The position numbers and the translations under genes are program-made. Below, piece by piece: positions 19,703 to 29,095 of a stretch of DNA of 52,740 bases. The first letter of the stretch is position 1. Each line of letters opens with the position of its first letter. The notes beneath the pieces are model-generated. The model was not told the DNA's origin. It worked only from the letters and a program-made list of their open reading frames with translations, and made no database searches. Origin of the DNA: a virus (Duplodnaviria; Caudoviricetes); IMG/VR virus record IMGVR_UViG_3300036861_000578, positions 1-52,740 of that record, one strand, 5' to 3'.

Positions 19703-20725
19703 TTGAAGCGCGTCCTCGTCGTCCACCCGGGCCCGAACTTCTCCGTCGCGGACGTGCACACCGGATGGATCGAGGCGCTCCGCGAACTCGGCCTGATGGT
19801 GTTCCCCTACAACCTCGACGACCGCTTGGCCTTCTACGACAGCACGTATCTGCCCGATGGGGAAGGTGGCTACCGCAAGGCCCTGTCCGATGACCAGGCG
19901 ATCGGGATGGCCACCAACGGGATCGCCGCGGCACTGTTCAAGATCCGCCCCCACATCCTGCTGTCGATCAGCTCGTTCTTCATCGACTTCGAAATGCTCA
20001 AGCACGCGATGCGGACCGGCACCCAGGTCGTTCTCGTCCACACCGAAAGTCCGTATGAGGACGATCGGCAGCTCGGCCTCGCCCCGCACGCGACGCTGAA
20101 CCTTCTCAACGACCCGACGAACATCGACCGGTTCCGCACCCTCGGCCCCACCGAATACGTCCCCCACGCCTACCGGCCCAACCTCCATACGCCGGGTCCC
20201 GTGGTGCCGGAGCTCGCGTGTGATCTGGCGTTCGTCGGGACCGGCTACCCCAGCCGCGAGACGTTCTTCAACGCGATGGACCTCGAGGGCCTCGAGGTGC
20301 GGCTGGGTGGTAACTGGATGCGCCTTCCCCCCGACTCGCCGCTGCGGAAGTTCGTCATGCACGACATCGACGAATGCATGGACAACGAAGATGCCGTCCC
20401 GCTCTACCGGTCCGCGAAGGTCGGCATCAACCTGTATCGCCGCGAGGCCGCCCACCCCGAGCTCCAGCAGGGCTGGGCGATGGGGCCCCGCGAGGTCGAG
20501 ATGGCCGCGTGCGGGCTGTTCTTCCTCCGCGACCCCCGCGGCGAAGGCGACGAAGTCCTGCTGTTGCCGACCTTCACCGACGCCGAGGACGCCTCGGAGA
20601 AGGTGCGGTGGTTCCTGGCCCATGACGGGGTTCGCGAGGCGATGGCCGATAAGGCACGCGAAGCCGTGCAATCCAGGACGTTCACCAACAACGCGAAGCG
20701 GCTGATGGAGCTACTAGGCCAGTAG
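19703..20725 (+). CDS. CgeB-family glycosyltransferase
   Basis: DLAFVGTGYPSR, YRSAKVGINL and PREVEMAACG motifs. Confidence 0.82.
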   Translation: MKRVLVVHPGPNFSVADVHTGWIEALRELGLMVFPYNLDDRLAFYDSTYLPDGEGGYRKALSDDQAIGMATNGIAAALFKIRPHILLSISSFFIDFEMLKHAMRTGTQVVLVHTESPYEDDRQLGLAPHATLNLLNDPTNIDRFRTLGPTEYVPHAYRPNLHTPGPVVPELACDLAFVGTGYPSRETFFNAMDLEGLEVRLGGNWMRLPPDSPLRKFVMHDIDECMDNEDAVPLYRSAKVGINLYRREAAHPELQQGWAMGPREVEMAACGLFFLRDPRGEGDEVLLLPTFTDAEDASEKVRWFLAHDGVREAMADKAREAVQSRTFTNNAKRLMELLGQ

Positions 20726-20899
20726 GTCTGGTTCCTGGTTGTCCGCCCAGCGACCGAACGTCTCGACCGGGTAGACGATGAAGGCCACATCGGCAGGAAT
20801 TATATTAAGCCGGGCAGCGATGCGCTTCACTGGTGATCGCTCGTCCTCAGCCAGAGAACCCCATTCGGCCCATACGGCTTGCTCTAGTTTCGTCAGCAT
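20714..20899 (-). CDS. hypothetical protein, possibly HTH
   Basis: GAAGGGA RBS; VKRIAARLNI. Confidence 0.5.
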   Translation of the reverse strand: MLTKLEQAVWAEWGSLAEDERSPVKRIAARLNIIPADVAFIVYPVETFGRWADNQEPDLLA

Positions 20900-21195
20900 C
20901 GTGATCCCTTCTAGTCGTTCTTGGGGGCTCGAAGTCGTGACGTTGTGACAAGTCCTCGGAGGACGAGGTAGGGTTAAGACGCCCGCTCCACATGAGCAGA
21001 TACCTCATCTGACCAGCCACTTTCGGGGTGGCCAGCCGGCCGGGATGCCGACCGGACCTTGGCGCAGCGGGCGGCGGCGGTCGGTCTGACGGACCGCGGG
21101 TCCTTGAGTGAATTCACCCTGACAGGGCCGATCGCTTGCTGCGGCGTGCCGACCAGAACGGTCGATGCTCGGGGGTCTGAGGGCGAAGCCCTCAC
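20900..21195. ncRNA. candidate structured RNA
   Basis: Gap of about 290 bp with several stems, including a ~16-bp stem enclosing sub-hairpins. Confidence 0.35.
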
Positions 21196-21896
21196 TGGTG
21201 CAGTGCCCGCCAGTGAGCGGGATTCACGCAGCTCTGAGTGCTGCATTGTTGCTTGAACATCGTGGGCTCTGAGATCGGTCCATGGGTCAATTCCCACGCC
21301 ACCCGATGTGCTGATTGGGCCTTGCCCTGCCAGGCAACCCTTCCATAACCGCCGGTACCCTTACCGGCCAGCCATGGCCAGCAGGCATCCGCACCTCCCG
21401 ACCGATCAACCTTCGCCCAGAAGCGCGCGTTGTCTGGAAGCGATGCGATCGGCTGCGCGGTCGTTCCGGCACGTCGCAGCCGCGCTTTGAGCTTCACCTG
21501 CTCGTTCCAGCAGATACGGCACTGCCGACCGGGCTTGCTGGCGACGAGATTGTTGCCGGTCAACTCATGGCCCTTGGGGCAGTGCGTCTTGCGGGCGTTG
21601 ACGGCGGTTGGTGCTTCGCCGCGTAGCACGTTGGTGCGGTGCTGAACCGGCTCTAGATGAGTCGGCTGGCAGCATGCTCGATTGCGGCAGAGGTGGTCGA
21701 TCGTCAGGCCAGCCGGGATCGGCCCATGTGTTAGTTCCCAGGCTATGCGGTGTGCAGGAGTCATCTTGCTCTGCCACCAGACGTAGCCATAGCCAGCCGG
21801 AGTCTTGCCGGCCGTCCATGGCCAGCATCCAGCGGCATCTGTCTGGTCGACCCTCGACCAGAAGTAAGTAACCGGATCAGACCGCCGTCCTGTCAT
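21192..21896 (-). CDS. HNH homing endonuclease with a duplicated degenerate HNH module
   Basis: FWSRVD...CWPW...AHR...IDHLCRNRACC and KTHCPKGH; second module starts RFWAKVD...CWPW. Confidence 0.88.
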   Translation of the reverse strand: MTGRRSDPVTYFWSRVDQTDAAGCWPWTAGKTPAGYGYVWWQSKMTPAHRIAWELTHGPIPAGLTIDHLCRNRACCQPTHLEPVQHRTNVLRGEAPTAVNARKTHCPKGHELTGNNLVASKPGRQCRICWNEQVKLKARLRRAGTTAQPIASLPDNARFWAKVDRSGGADACWPWLAGKGTGGYGRVAWQGKAQSAHRVAWELTHGPISEPTMFKQQCSTQSCVNPAHWRALHQ

Positions 21897-21926
21897 GGAG
21901 GCAGTCTACCATACGGAGGTGACACC

Positions 21927-22322
21927 TTGGCACGCAGCCATGGCAGGTTCGGAAGGGTTTATATGAACCTGACCTCGGCCGGCACCGCCGAGCCGATCGC
22001 GTTCATCCGCAGCTGGAGCTTCAACGCCGCCACCGACAAGGTCGACATGACCGCGCTGCTGGACACCGCCAAGGTCTACTCGGCCGGCCTCCCCGATGGG
22101 TCGGGCGAGCTCACCTTCTGGTATGACGACGCGACGGTGCAGACCTATACGGCTGCTTCGGACGGTATCGCACGTAAGTTCTACTTGTACCCGACCGCTG
22201 CGACCGCCCAGTACTTCTGGGGCACCGTCCTGCCCGACTTCAACGTGTCGGCCGCGGTCGACGGCGGCGTTGAGGGTTCGGCATCCTGGTCGGCGGCGAC
22301 CCCGATCGCGAAGATCGGTTAG
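21927..22322 (+). CDS. major tail (tube) protein
   Basis: GGAGGT RBS plus TTG; IRSWSF and GLPDGSGELTFWYD motifs; 131 aa. Confidence 0.75.
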   Translation: MARSHGRFGRVYMNLTSAGTAEPIAFIRSWSFNAATDKVDMTALLDTAKVYSAGLPDGSGELTFWYDDATVQTYTAASDGIARKFYLYPTAATAQYFWGTVLPDFNVSAAVDGGVEGSASWSAATPIAKIG

Positions 22323-22333
22323 CAGGAATAGGC

Positions 22334-22358
22334 GCGGCCCCCCGATTCGGGGGGCCGC
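22334..22358. terminator. GC-rich hairpin between convergent genes
   Basis: GCGGCCCCCCG-ATT-CGGGGGGCCGC, 11-bp perfect stem. Confidence 0.65.
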
Positions 22359-22419
22359 TTGCCGGGCCAACCGAGGACCCGACCCTTGCGGGGCCGATTC
22401 CGGCGGGGGCCCGTGGCTG

Positions 22420-22923
22420 TTACGAAGACGAGACTCGCTGAATCTCGGTGACCTGTGCCTTGGCGGCCAGCTTCTCGAACGTGGAGAAGTGCACCACTGC
22501 GCGCTGGCCGGGGCGGACCTGCTGTGCGACCGCGTTCGTCCAGTCGATATTGGTGCCGGCCTGGTCGAGGATCACCAGCTCGATGTAGTAGTCGCTGGTG
22601 CCGTCGGAGTGATTGACGATCTCGATCGTGCCCTGGTACTCGCCGTAGTCGCGGTGGCGGAAACTCAGCAGTTTGATATCGGCGGATGCGTCCTTGGTGC
22701 CGAGGCCCTTGCTGATTCCGCTGTCAGCTGGTTCCGCTGCTGGGGTGCTGACCGGGTCGCTGGTAAGCGCGGCGACGGCGAGAATTGCGAGCAGAGCGCC
22801 GATGATCACCAGGATCACCATGCCTGTGTTGCGGTGCTTCTTCGGCGGTGCCGACGGCGTCTGGCCCCACTGGGGCTGCGACGCGGGTGGTGGCTGCGGG
22901 GGTGGTCCCCAGGTCTGACTCAT
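22420..22923 (-). CDS. membrane-anchored protein (Pro-rich N-terminus, TM helix, Ig-like domain), antisense moron
   Basis: GAGGAAG RBS; single TM segment; reversed within the tail operon. Confidence 0.7.
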   Translation of the reverse strand: MSQTWGPPPQPPPASQPQWGQTPSAPPKKHRNTGMVILVIIGALLAILAVAALTSDPVSTPAAEPADSGISKGLGTKDASADIKLLSFRHRDYGEYQGTIEIVNHSDGTSDYYIELVILDQAGTNIDWTNAVAQQVRPGQRAVVHFSTFEKLAAKAQVTEIQRVSSS

Positions 22924-23018
22924 CGGGATCTTCCTCTCGGTTAGGTGTCCCGTGTCCTGAGTATGCGCCTCTTCCGGGCTGGCCGATAGGTGAAAAGGGT
23001 CACGTTTAGGGGGTCATT

Positions 23019-23474
23019 GTGCGCGTCACGGTTCGTGACTCGGCCGACCTGAAAGCGGTCAGTAAGCAACTGCGGCAGGTCGCCGACGGCAAGGCATTGC
23101 GGAAGGAGCTGACCGGCGGGATCCGCGACGCGCTGAAGCCGGTATTGGCGCAGGTCAAGTCTGCCTACGGCAGCGGCCGGATCCGCAGTCACCTGCGCCG
23201 GGCCAGCCGGATCGAGGTCCGCACCTCCGGGCGGATGGCCGGCGCTCGGCTGCGGGTCGACGGTCGCAAGATGCCCGACCAGATGAAGTCCCTCCCAGCG
23301 ATGTGGGAGGGACTGACCCGCTGGCGGCACCCCGTCTTCGGCGACCGCGAAACATGGGTGCAGCAGGACAGCCACCCGACCTTCTACCGGATTGTCACCC
23401 CGCAGGAAGACCGGGTCGGCCGCGCCATCGACCAGGTCCTCGAGGATGTCCGCGACAAGCTGGAGCGAGGCTAA
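23019..23474 (+). CDS. HK97 gp10-like neck or tail-completion protein
   Basis: Basic protein with WRHPVFGDRETWVQQ motif; position. Confidence 0.7.
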   Translation: MRVTVRDSADLKAVSKQLRQVADGKALRKELTGGIRDALKPVLAQVKSAYGSGRIRSHLRRASRIEVRTSGRMAGARLRVDGRKMPDQMKSLPAMWEGLTRWRHPVFGDRETWVQQDSHPTFYRIVTPQEDRVGRAIDQVLEDVRDKLERG

Positions 23475-23922
23475 TGACCGAGAACGAACAGGTGCCGGAC
23501 CGGCCGTCGCTGAACCCGGAGCTGCTCACGCCGCGGGACATGCAGCGCGCCAAGGTCGCACTCGCCGAGGTGCTGGGCGACCGCGACCCCTACGACATGA
23601 TCGAGGAACGAGCCACCGCGGTGCCGTTCACTATCTGGTGCCTCCGCTCCCGGGTTGACCCGTCGTTCACGTGGGAGCAGGCGTTGGACACACCGTTCCT
23701 CGGCGACTTCGAGCCGTTCGGCCCTCCTCAGATCCCCGGGCCCGCCGCGAATGGCGGTTCGCCCGGGAGGAGTACCGCGAGCGGGTCCAAGAGGAAGCGG
23801 CCCGCGCCCGCGACCGCGCCCGGCTCTGCGAGTTCTTCGGGTTGACCCGGCAGGAGCACGACGCGATGACGTTCGAGACGCTCGACGTATGGGCCACGGT
23901 CATGGGCGGCCGCGGTGGCTAA
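23474..23922 (+). CDS. tail assembly chaperone pair (23474-23845 plus a -1 frameshift extension to 23922)
   Basis: Two overlapping ORFs in -1 relation directly before the tape measure; the first ends in a low-complexity tail. Confidence 0.7.
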
Positions 23923-26689
23923 TTCCGTCGTTTGGCGCCTCGTCGCCGACCCGACCGGGTACGGCCGCGGGTTCCGCGAGGCTGACCGGGTCAACGAGCG
24001 GTTCGCCCGCAACACCAAGAAGCATTTTCAGCGCGGCGGCGACGACGCCGGCCAGCAGTTCGGCCTGCGCTTCAACAAACGCCTCGGCCACGGCTTCTCC
24101 GCGTCGACCCGGATCGCGAAGCTGGCCGCCGGCGGGATCGCCGGCGCGTTCGCCGCAGTCCAGATCGGCGGGTTCCTGAAGGGCGCGATCGACGAGGCGC
24201 GGGAGGCCGCGAAGGTCGGTCGGCAGACCAACGCCGTCATCAAGGCCACCGGCGGGGTCGCGAAGGTCAGCGCCCGCGACGTCGGCCGGCTCGCCGATTC
24301 GCTGTCGCGGAAGGTTGGCGTCGATGACGAGGTGATCCAGGCCGGCGCGAACATGCTGCTGACATTCAAAGGCGTCCGCAACGAGGTCGGCCGCAACAAC
24401 GACATCTTCAACCAGGCCAGTGTCGCGATCCTGGATATGACCGCCGCGCTGCATCAGGGGGAGGTCACCCAGCAGGGCCTGGAGAAGGCCTCGATTCAAG
24501 TCGGGAAGGCTCTCAACGACCCGATCAAGGGCATCGCCGCGCTGACCCGCGTCGGCGTCACGTTCACGCAGGGGCAGAAGGACCAGATCAAGTCGCTAGT
24601 CGAGTCGGGCCGCAAGATGGAGGCCCAGAAGATCATCCTCGCCGAGCTGAAATCCGAGTTCGGTGGGGCGGCGAAAGCGGCGGCGGACCCGTGGCAGCGG
24701 GTCGTGGTGGCGTTCAAGAACGTCCAGGAAGCCATCGGGAAGCGGCTGATGCCGGCGTTGGCCTCCGCGGCTGGCTTCCTCACCACCCGGGTCCTCCCCG
24801 CAGCTGAGCGGGTGACCAACCAGTTCCTCGCCGACTTCCGCCCTGAGCTCGGCCGGCTCAAGTTCGCATGGGAGGAGAACAAGGGCGCCATCCTCGGGTT
24901 CGTCACCAGCCTGACCGGCGCCGACGACAAGATGGTCTCCAGCAAGGACGCGGCGGTCGCCCTGGCCGACGGTCTGGAACGGCTCATCAAGTTCGGCGGT
25001 GACCTGGCGACCTTCGGTGACCGCGCCGCCGGACATCTGAACGACATGTCGGACTCGTTGGGCAAGACCGCCCATGGCCTTCGCGAGTTGTTCAAGATCA
25101 CGACCCCATTCGGCGCGATCGCTGACAAGCTTGATCTCAGCAAGGAAAAGACGAAGGAACTCGCCGCCGCGACCGACCTTGCCTCGACCGCGGCTGAGCG
25201 GCATACCCGGGCGTTGACCGGGGAGAAGCAGGCGCTGGAGGAACTCCAGCGCGCACTGGACGACGAGAAGACCAAGGAACTCGATCTCCGTCAGGCCAAG
25301 ATCAACGTCGCGGTCTCGCAGAGCCGCCTCAACGATCTGAAACGGACCGGCAAGACTCGCTCGGTCGACTACAAGCAGGCACAGATCGACCTCGAGCGTG
25401 CCCAGCTCGCTCTGCGGCGGCAGACCGATGCCTACAAGGACGCGCAGAAGCGGGCGAACGCGGCCACCGCCGGTGCGATGACCGCCACCCAGCGTGCCAC
25501 CACCCCGGTCCGGGAATTGGGCCTGGCCGCCCGGACCGGCGGGCAGCGCGCCAACAATGCGCGGGTGCCGTGGCGGAAACTCGGCGAGGACGCCGCCGGC
25601 GCGATGGCCCGGATCAAGAGCAAGCGGGCCCGCATCACCGCGAACTTCGGCTGGCAGGGTCTGGAGGTGTTCCGGGTCGGCCCCAAGGGGCAGACGCGGC
25701 TGGCGTTCGCGGAGGGCGGCGAGGTCAACGGCCCCGGCACGTCCACGTCCGATTCGATCCCGGCCCGGTTGTCGCGCGGTGAGCATGTCTGGTCGGCGAG
25801 GGAAGTCCGAGGCGCCGGCGGGCACCGCGCCGTTGAGGGACTCCGGCGCGAGGCACGCGGATTCGCGCAGGGGGGCACCATCCCACAGTTCGGTATGACC
25901 GGCACTGGCGGGTTCGTGAAGGCGCTCAACAGCTGGGAGAGCCGCGTCACCAGGATCCTCGACGTCGGCGCCAAAGCGTTCGGCAACACCGTCAAGGCCA
26001 TCGGCGGCAACCCGACGATCAAGCGGTTCATCCTGGGTACCGACCCGCTGCCGTACCGGTTGGGCGCTGCCGGGCCGGGCGCCTACGACTGCTCGGGGCT
26101 GGTCGGCGCGGTCTACGGGAAGCTGACCGGCCGCGGCGGCGGCCATGGCCAGCGGTACTTCAACACCGCCACCATCAGCACCGCAGTTCCCGGATTGAAA
26201 CCGGGATTGGGCGGGGTATTCCAGATCGGCGTCACCCCCACCAAAGGTCACATGGTCGGCCGCTACGGCGGCCTCGGCTTTGAAGCTGAGAGCACCCGGA
26301 CCGGCATCAAGGTCGGCGCCGCCGCGTCCCAGCCGGAGTCGTTCGCGCGGCATTTCCACATGGCCCGCGGCGGCCCGGTCGACGACAAGAAGCTGGCCGT
26401 TCTGTCGCAACTGCGCGGCGTCGACATCGGCGGCGACGCCGGGAAGCTCCGCATCAATGGCAAGGTGTTCGACCGCGGCGGCTATCTGATGCCCGGCGCG
26501 ACGCTGGCGGTCAACCGGACCGGCCGACCTGAACCCGTCGGCGGCGGCCGGCTGTCCCGCGAGGATGCGCGGATGATCGCGCAGGAGCTGGCCAAAGTGA
26601 TCCCGACCACCGTCCAGGTCGTGGATGTCCAGGCGGGGCTGCTGAAGCGCAAGCGCAACACCGGCGGGGTCGCCCTGGGGTTGTCCTGA
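23915..26689 (+). CDS. tape measure protein with a C-terminal NlpC/P60-like peptidase motif
   Basis: Ala-rich helical 924 aa; GKALNDPIKG; PYRLGAAGPGAYDCSGLV...GHM. Confidence 0.9.
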   Translation: MANSVVWRLVADPTGYGRGFREADRVNERFARNTKKHFQRGGDDAGQQFGLRFNKRLGHGFSASTRIAKLAAGGIAGAFAAVQIGGFLKGAIDEAREAAKVGRQTNAVIKATGGVAKVSARDVGRLADSLSRKVGVDDEVIQAGANMLLTFKGVRNEVGRNNDIFNQASVAILDMTAALHQGEVTQQGLEKASIQVGKALNDPIKGIAALTRVGVTFTQGQKDQIKSLVESGRKMEAQKIILAELKSEFGGAAKAAADPWQRVVVAFKNVQEAIGKRLMPALASAAGFLTTRVLPAAERVTNQFLADFRPELGRLKFAWEENKGAILGFVTSLTGADDKMVSSKDAAVALADGLERLIKFGGDLATFGDRAAGHLNDMSDSLGKTAHGLRELFKITTPFGAIADKLDLSKEKTKELAAATDLASTAAERHTRALTGEKQALEELQRALDDEKTKELDLRQAKINVAVSQSRLNDLKRTGKTRSVDYKQAQIDLERAQLALRRQTDAYKDAQKRANAATAGAMTATQRATTPVRELGLAARTGGQRANNARVPWRKLGEDAAGAMARIKSKRARITANFGWQGLEVFRVGPKGQTRLAFAEGGEVNGPGTSTSDSIPARLSRGEHVWSAREVRGAGGHRAVEGLRREARGFAQGGTIPQFGMTGTGGFVKALNSWESRVTRILDVGAKAFGNTVKAIGGNPTIKRFILGTDPLPYRLGAAGPGAYDCSGLVGAVYGKLTGRGGGHGQRYFNTATISTAVPGLKPGLGGVFQIGVTPTKGHMVGRYGGLGFEAESTRTGIKVGAAASQPESFARHFHMARGGPVDDKKLAVLSQLRGVDIGGDAGKLRINGKVFDRGGYLMPGATLAVNRTGRPEPVGGGRLSREDARMIAQELAKVIPTTVQVVDVQAGLLKRKRNTGGVALGLS

Positions 26690-28578
26690 TGGCGTGGACG
26701 ATCACGGTCGAGATGGCGTTCGCGACCCAGCCGATGGCGACGACGCCGACGTGGACGGATATCACGCAGTATGTGCTGGTCAAGGATGGGATCGTTCACA
26801 CGTGGGGCCGCACCGACGAGTTCGGCGACGTCCAGCCGTCTACCATCTCGGTGACGCTGAATAACCGTGATGGCCGGTTCACCCGCTTCCTTTCCAGCTC
26901 GCCCTACTATCCGAATGTGCGGAACGGTAAGCGGATCCGGGTGAGCGCGACCCGCAGCGCGGTGACGTACCGCCGCTTCGACGGGCATGTCAACGAATGG
27001 CCGACCGAATGGGTATCGGGCCGCGCGACCTACGCGGAGGCGAGGATCACCGCGACCGATCGGTTCAAACGGTTCGGTGCGCTCGGTGAGCTGCGCAGCA
27101 TGCTGGAGGAGGAGATCCTCCGCGACGACGCCATCGCCTACTACCCGCTCGGCGACCCGTCCGGCTCGACCACGGCGGGCAACATCAGCACCCAGATCCA
27201 GCCGGCTGCGGTGGTCCGGCAGGAAGGCTCCGGCGGGGAGATCAACTTCGCGACCGGGACCGGCCCAGGTACCGACGAGCTGTCGGCGCCGAGCTTCGAG
27301 CCGGTCGACGCCGATAACGGGAAGTACCTGGAGGCCAGCCCGCTGGGCACCAACGTCGGCGGCAACCCCGGCTACACGCTGGAGTGCTTCTTCGATGGCA
27401 TCGCGATCGGCAGCCGGATGCTGGCCGGTATCACCAACGCCTCCGGCGTCCACGCCATCCTGCAGCTGGACTCGACCGGGAAGCTGCAGGCCGAGCAGAC
27501 CATCCCCTTCCTGCCCGACGAGGTGACCACCTCCGCCGTCGAGGTCGATGACGGCGCGACCCACCACGGCGCGCTGACCGTGTCGATCTCGGGCACGACG
27601 GCGACGATGCGGCTCTACCTGGACGGCGTGGAGGTCGGCACCGCCCAGACGTGGTCGGTCCCGGGGGGAGCCCTGTCGACCTACTCGCGGCTGCTGGTGG
27701 GCGGCAACTCGACCGGCGACTGCTTCCGCGGCACGCTGTCTCACGTCGCCGCGCATTCCACCGCCCTGTCGGCTGCGCGCCTGCTCGACCATTACAACGC
27801 CGGCCGCCACGGCCTGGCCGGGGAGCGGACCGACCAGCGAATCGGCCGCATCGGCGACTGGGTTGGCATCCCGTCGGCCGACCGTGCCCTCGACGTCGGC
27901 GACTCGACCGTCAGCGCGCAGGCCACGTCCGGGCGGCAGCCGCTGGAGGTCATGCGGGAAGTTGAGAAGGCCGAAGCCGGCGTGCTCTATATCAGCGGGG
28001 ACAATAAGCTGACCCTGCACAACCGGTCGCGGCGGTACAACACGACACCGGCGGTCACGCTCACCGGCCAGCAGATCTTCGGCGATCTGCAATTCCCCGG
28101 TGACGACTTCGGCCTCACCAATGACATGACCGTGACCCGGTCCAACGACAACGAGGTCCGCGCGGTCGACCAGACCTCGATCGACGAGTTCGGCCTGTAC
28201 CGCGATACCCTGCAGATCCCCGCCGTGGACGACAGCGCGGCCCTGGCGGCGGCGCAATGGCGGGTCGGGAACTACGGCACGCCACGCACTCGGGTGCCGA
28301 ACGTCACCGTCGACCTCCACAAGCTGGAGAGCACCGCGCCCTCGCAGGTCGCGCTCCTGCTCGCTGCGGACATCTCGACCAAGCTGCGGCTGTCCAGCCT
28401 CCCCAGCCAGGCGCCCACCTCAACGGTGGACGTGTTCATCGAGGGCGGCACGGAGACGATCACGCCGAAGTTCTGGCGGATCACGTTCAACACCAGCCCC
28501 GGGGACTTCTCGCAGGTCTGGCAGCTCGGCGTCTCCGGGTTCAGTGAACTGGGTGATACGACGCGGCTCGGTTTGTGA
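26689..28578 (+). CDS. minor tail / baseplate protein with a LamG-like domain
   Basis: WTDITQYV, AYYPLGD, LYLDGVEV and GTLSHVA motifs. Confidence 0.75.
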   Translation: MAWTITVEMAFATQPMATTPTWTDITQYVLVKDGIVHTWGRTDEFGDVQPSTISVTLNNRDGRFTRFLSSSPYYPNVRNGKRIRVSATRSAVTYRRFDGHVNEWPTEWVSGRATYAEARITATDRFKRFGALGELRSMLEEEILRDDAIAYYPLGDPSGSTTAGNISTQIQPAAVVRQEGSGGEINFATGTGPGTDELSAPSFEPVDADNGKYLEASPLGTNVGGNPGYTLECFFDGIAIGSRMLAGITNASGVHAILQLDSTGKLQAEQTIPFLPDEVTTSAVEVDDGATHHGALTVSISGTTATMRLYLDGVEVGTAQTWSVPGGALSTYSRLLVGGNSTGDCFRGTLSHVAAHSTALSAARLLDHYNAGRHGLAGERTDQRIGRIGDWVGIPSADRALDVGDSTVSAQATSGRQPLEVMREVEKAEAGVLYISGDNKLTLHNRSRRYNTTPAVTLTGQQIFGDLQFPGDDFGLTNDMTVTRSNDNEVRAVDQTSIDEFGLYRDTLQIPAVDDSAALAAAQWRVGNYGTPRTRVPNVTVDLHKLESTAPSQVALLLAADISTKLRLSSLPSQAPTSTVDVFIEGGTETITPKFWRITFNTSPGDFSQVWQLGVSGFSELGDTTRLGL

Positions 28579-28696
28579 GAGGGGCGGGCCGGCGGGAGTT
28601 GAACCCGCGAGTTCGGTGGGCCACAGCCGCGAGTCACCGAACCGCCCTGTGACGACGACCACTCTTCCTGCCAGTGGCAACTAGCCCGCCCCTCTC
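28577..28696 (-). ncRNA. tRNA-like RNA (non-canonical cloverleaf)
   Basis: T-arm GCGGG-TTCAACT-CCCGC, anticodon-like arm TCGTC-GTCACAG-GGCGG, long variable arm, 13-bp closing stem. Confidence 0.55.
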
Positions 28697-28714
28697 CTCG
28701 AGGATACCCCCTCC

Positions 28715-29095
28715 ATGGCCCAGATCAAGGACGGCAAGGAGTACGTTCGCGACGGCGTCGCCGATGCCGGTGCCGCGACCATCATCGACCTGCGCCGCAA
28801 GGCCGGGATGTTCCTGCCCGACCCGGCCGCTGGTGCCCCGACCGGCGCGGCGGTGCTGGCGCGGCTGAACCATGGGCGCTGGATCGGTGACTGCAATCTC
28901 TGGGACGAAAGCCAGAACCGGACGTGCCTGAACGCGCAGTTCCTTGACGAGGGCGACAAGCGGTTCTGGTGCGTGGAGTGCTTCAACGTCGCCAACACCG
29001 GCCGGTGGCGGCCGGTGACCTGGCCGGCCAGCCGCGCCACGGTCGAGGCGCCACTCGCGGACCTGCCGGCACCCGAGCAGAACTGGGAGCCGTAG
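28715..29095 (+). CDS. Cys-containing hypothetical protein
   Basis: GAGGA RBS; C...C and CxxC motifs. Confidence 0.65.
   Translation: MAQIKDGKEYVRDGVADAGAATIIDLRRKAGMFLPDPAAGAPTGAAVLARLNHGRWIGDCNLWDESQNRTCLNAQFLDEGDKRFWCVECFNVANTGRWRPVTWPASRATVEAPLADLPAPEQNWEP

Noticed and set aside
24596-28320. Long antisense ORFs (604 and 612 aa) and similar shadow ORFs elsewhere
   Set aside because: These are expected on the opposite strand of high-GC3 genes and show no motifs or RBS
28577-28696. Canonical tRNA-Val(CAC), tRNA-Sec, tmRNA or an attP tRNA fragment
   Set aside because: Arm lengths and spacing are non-canonical, there is no CCA or tag reading frame, and it lies far from the recombinase; kept only as tRNA-like
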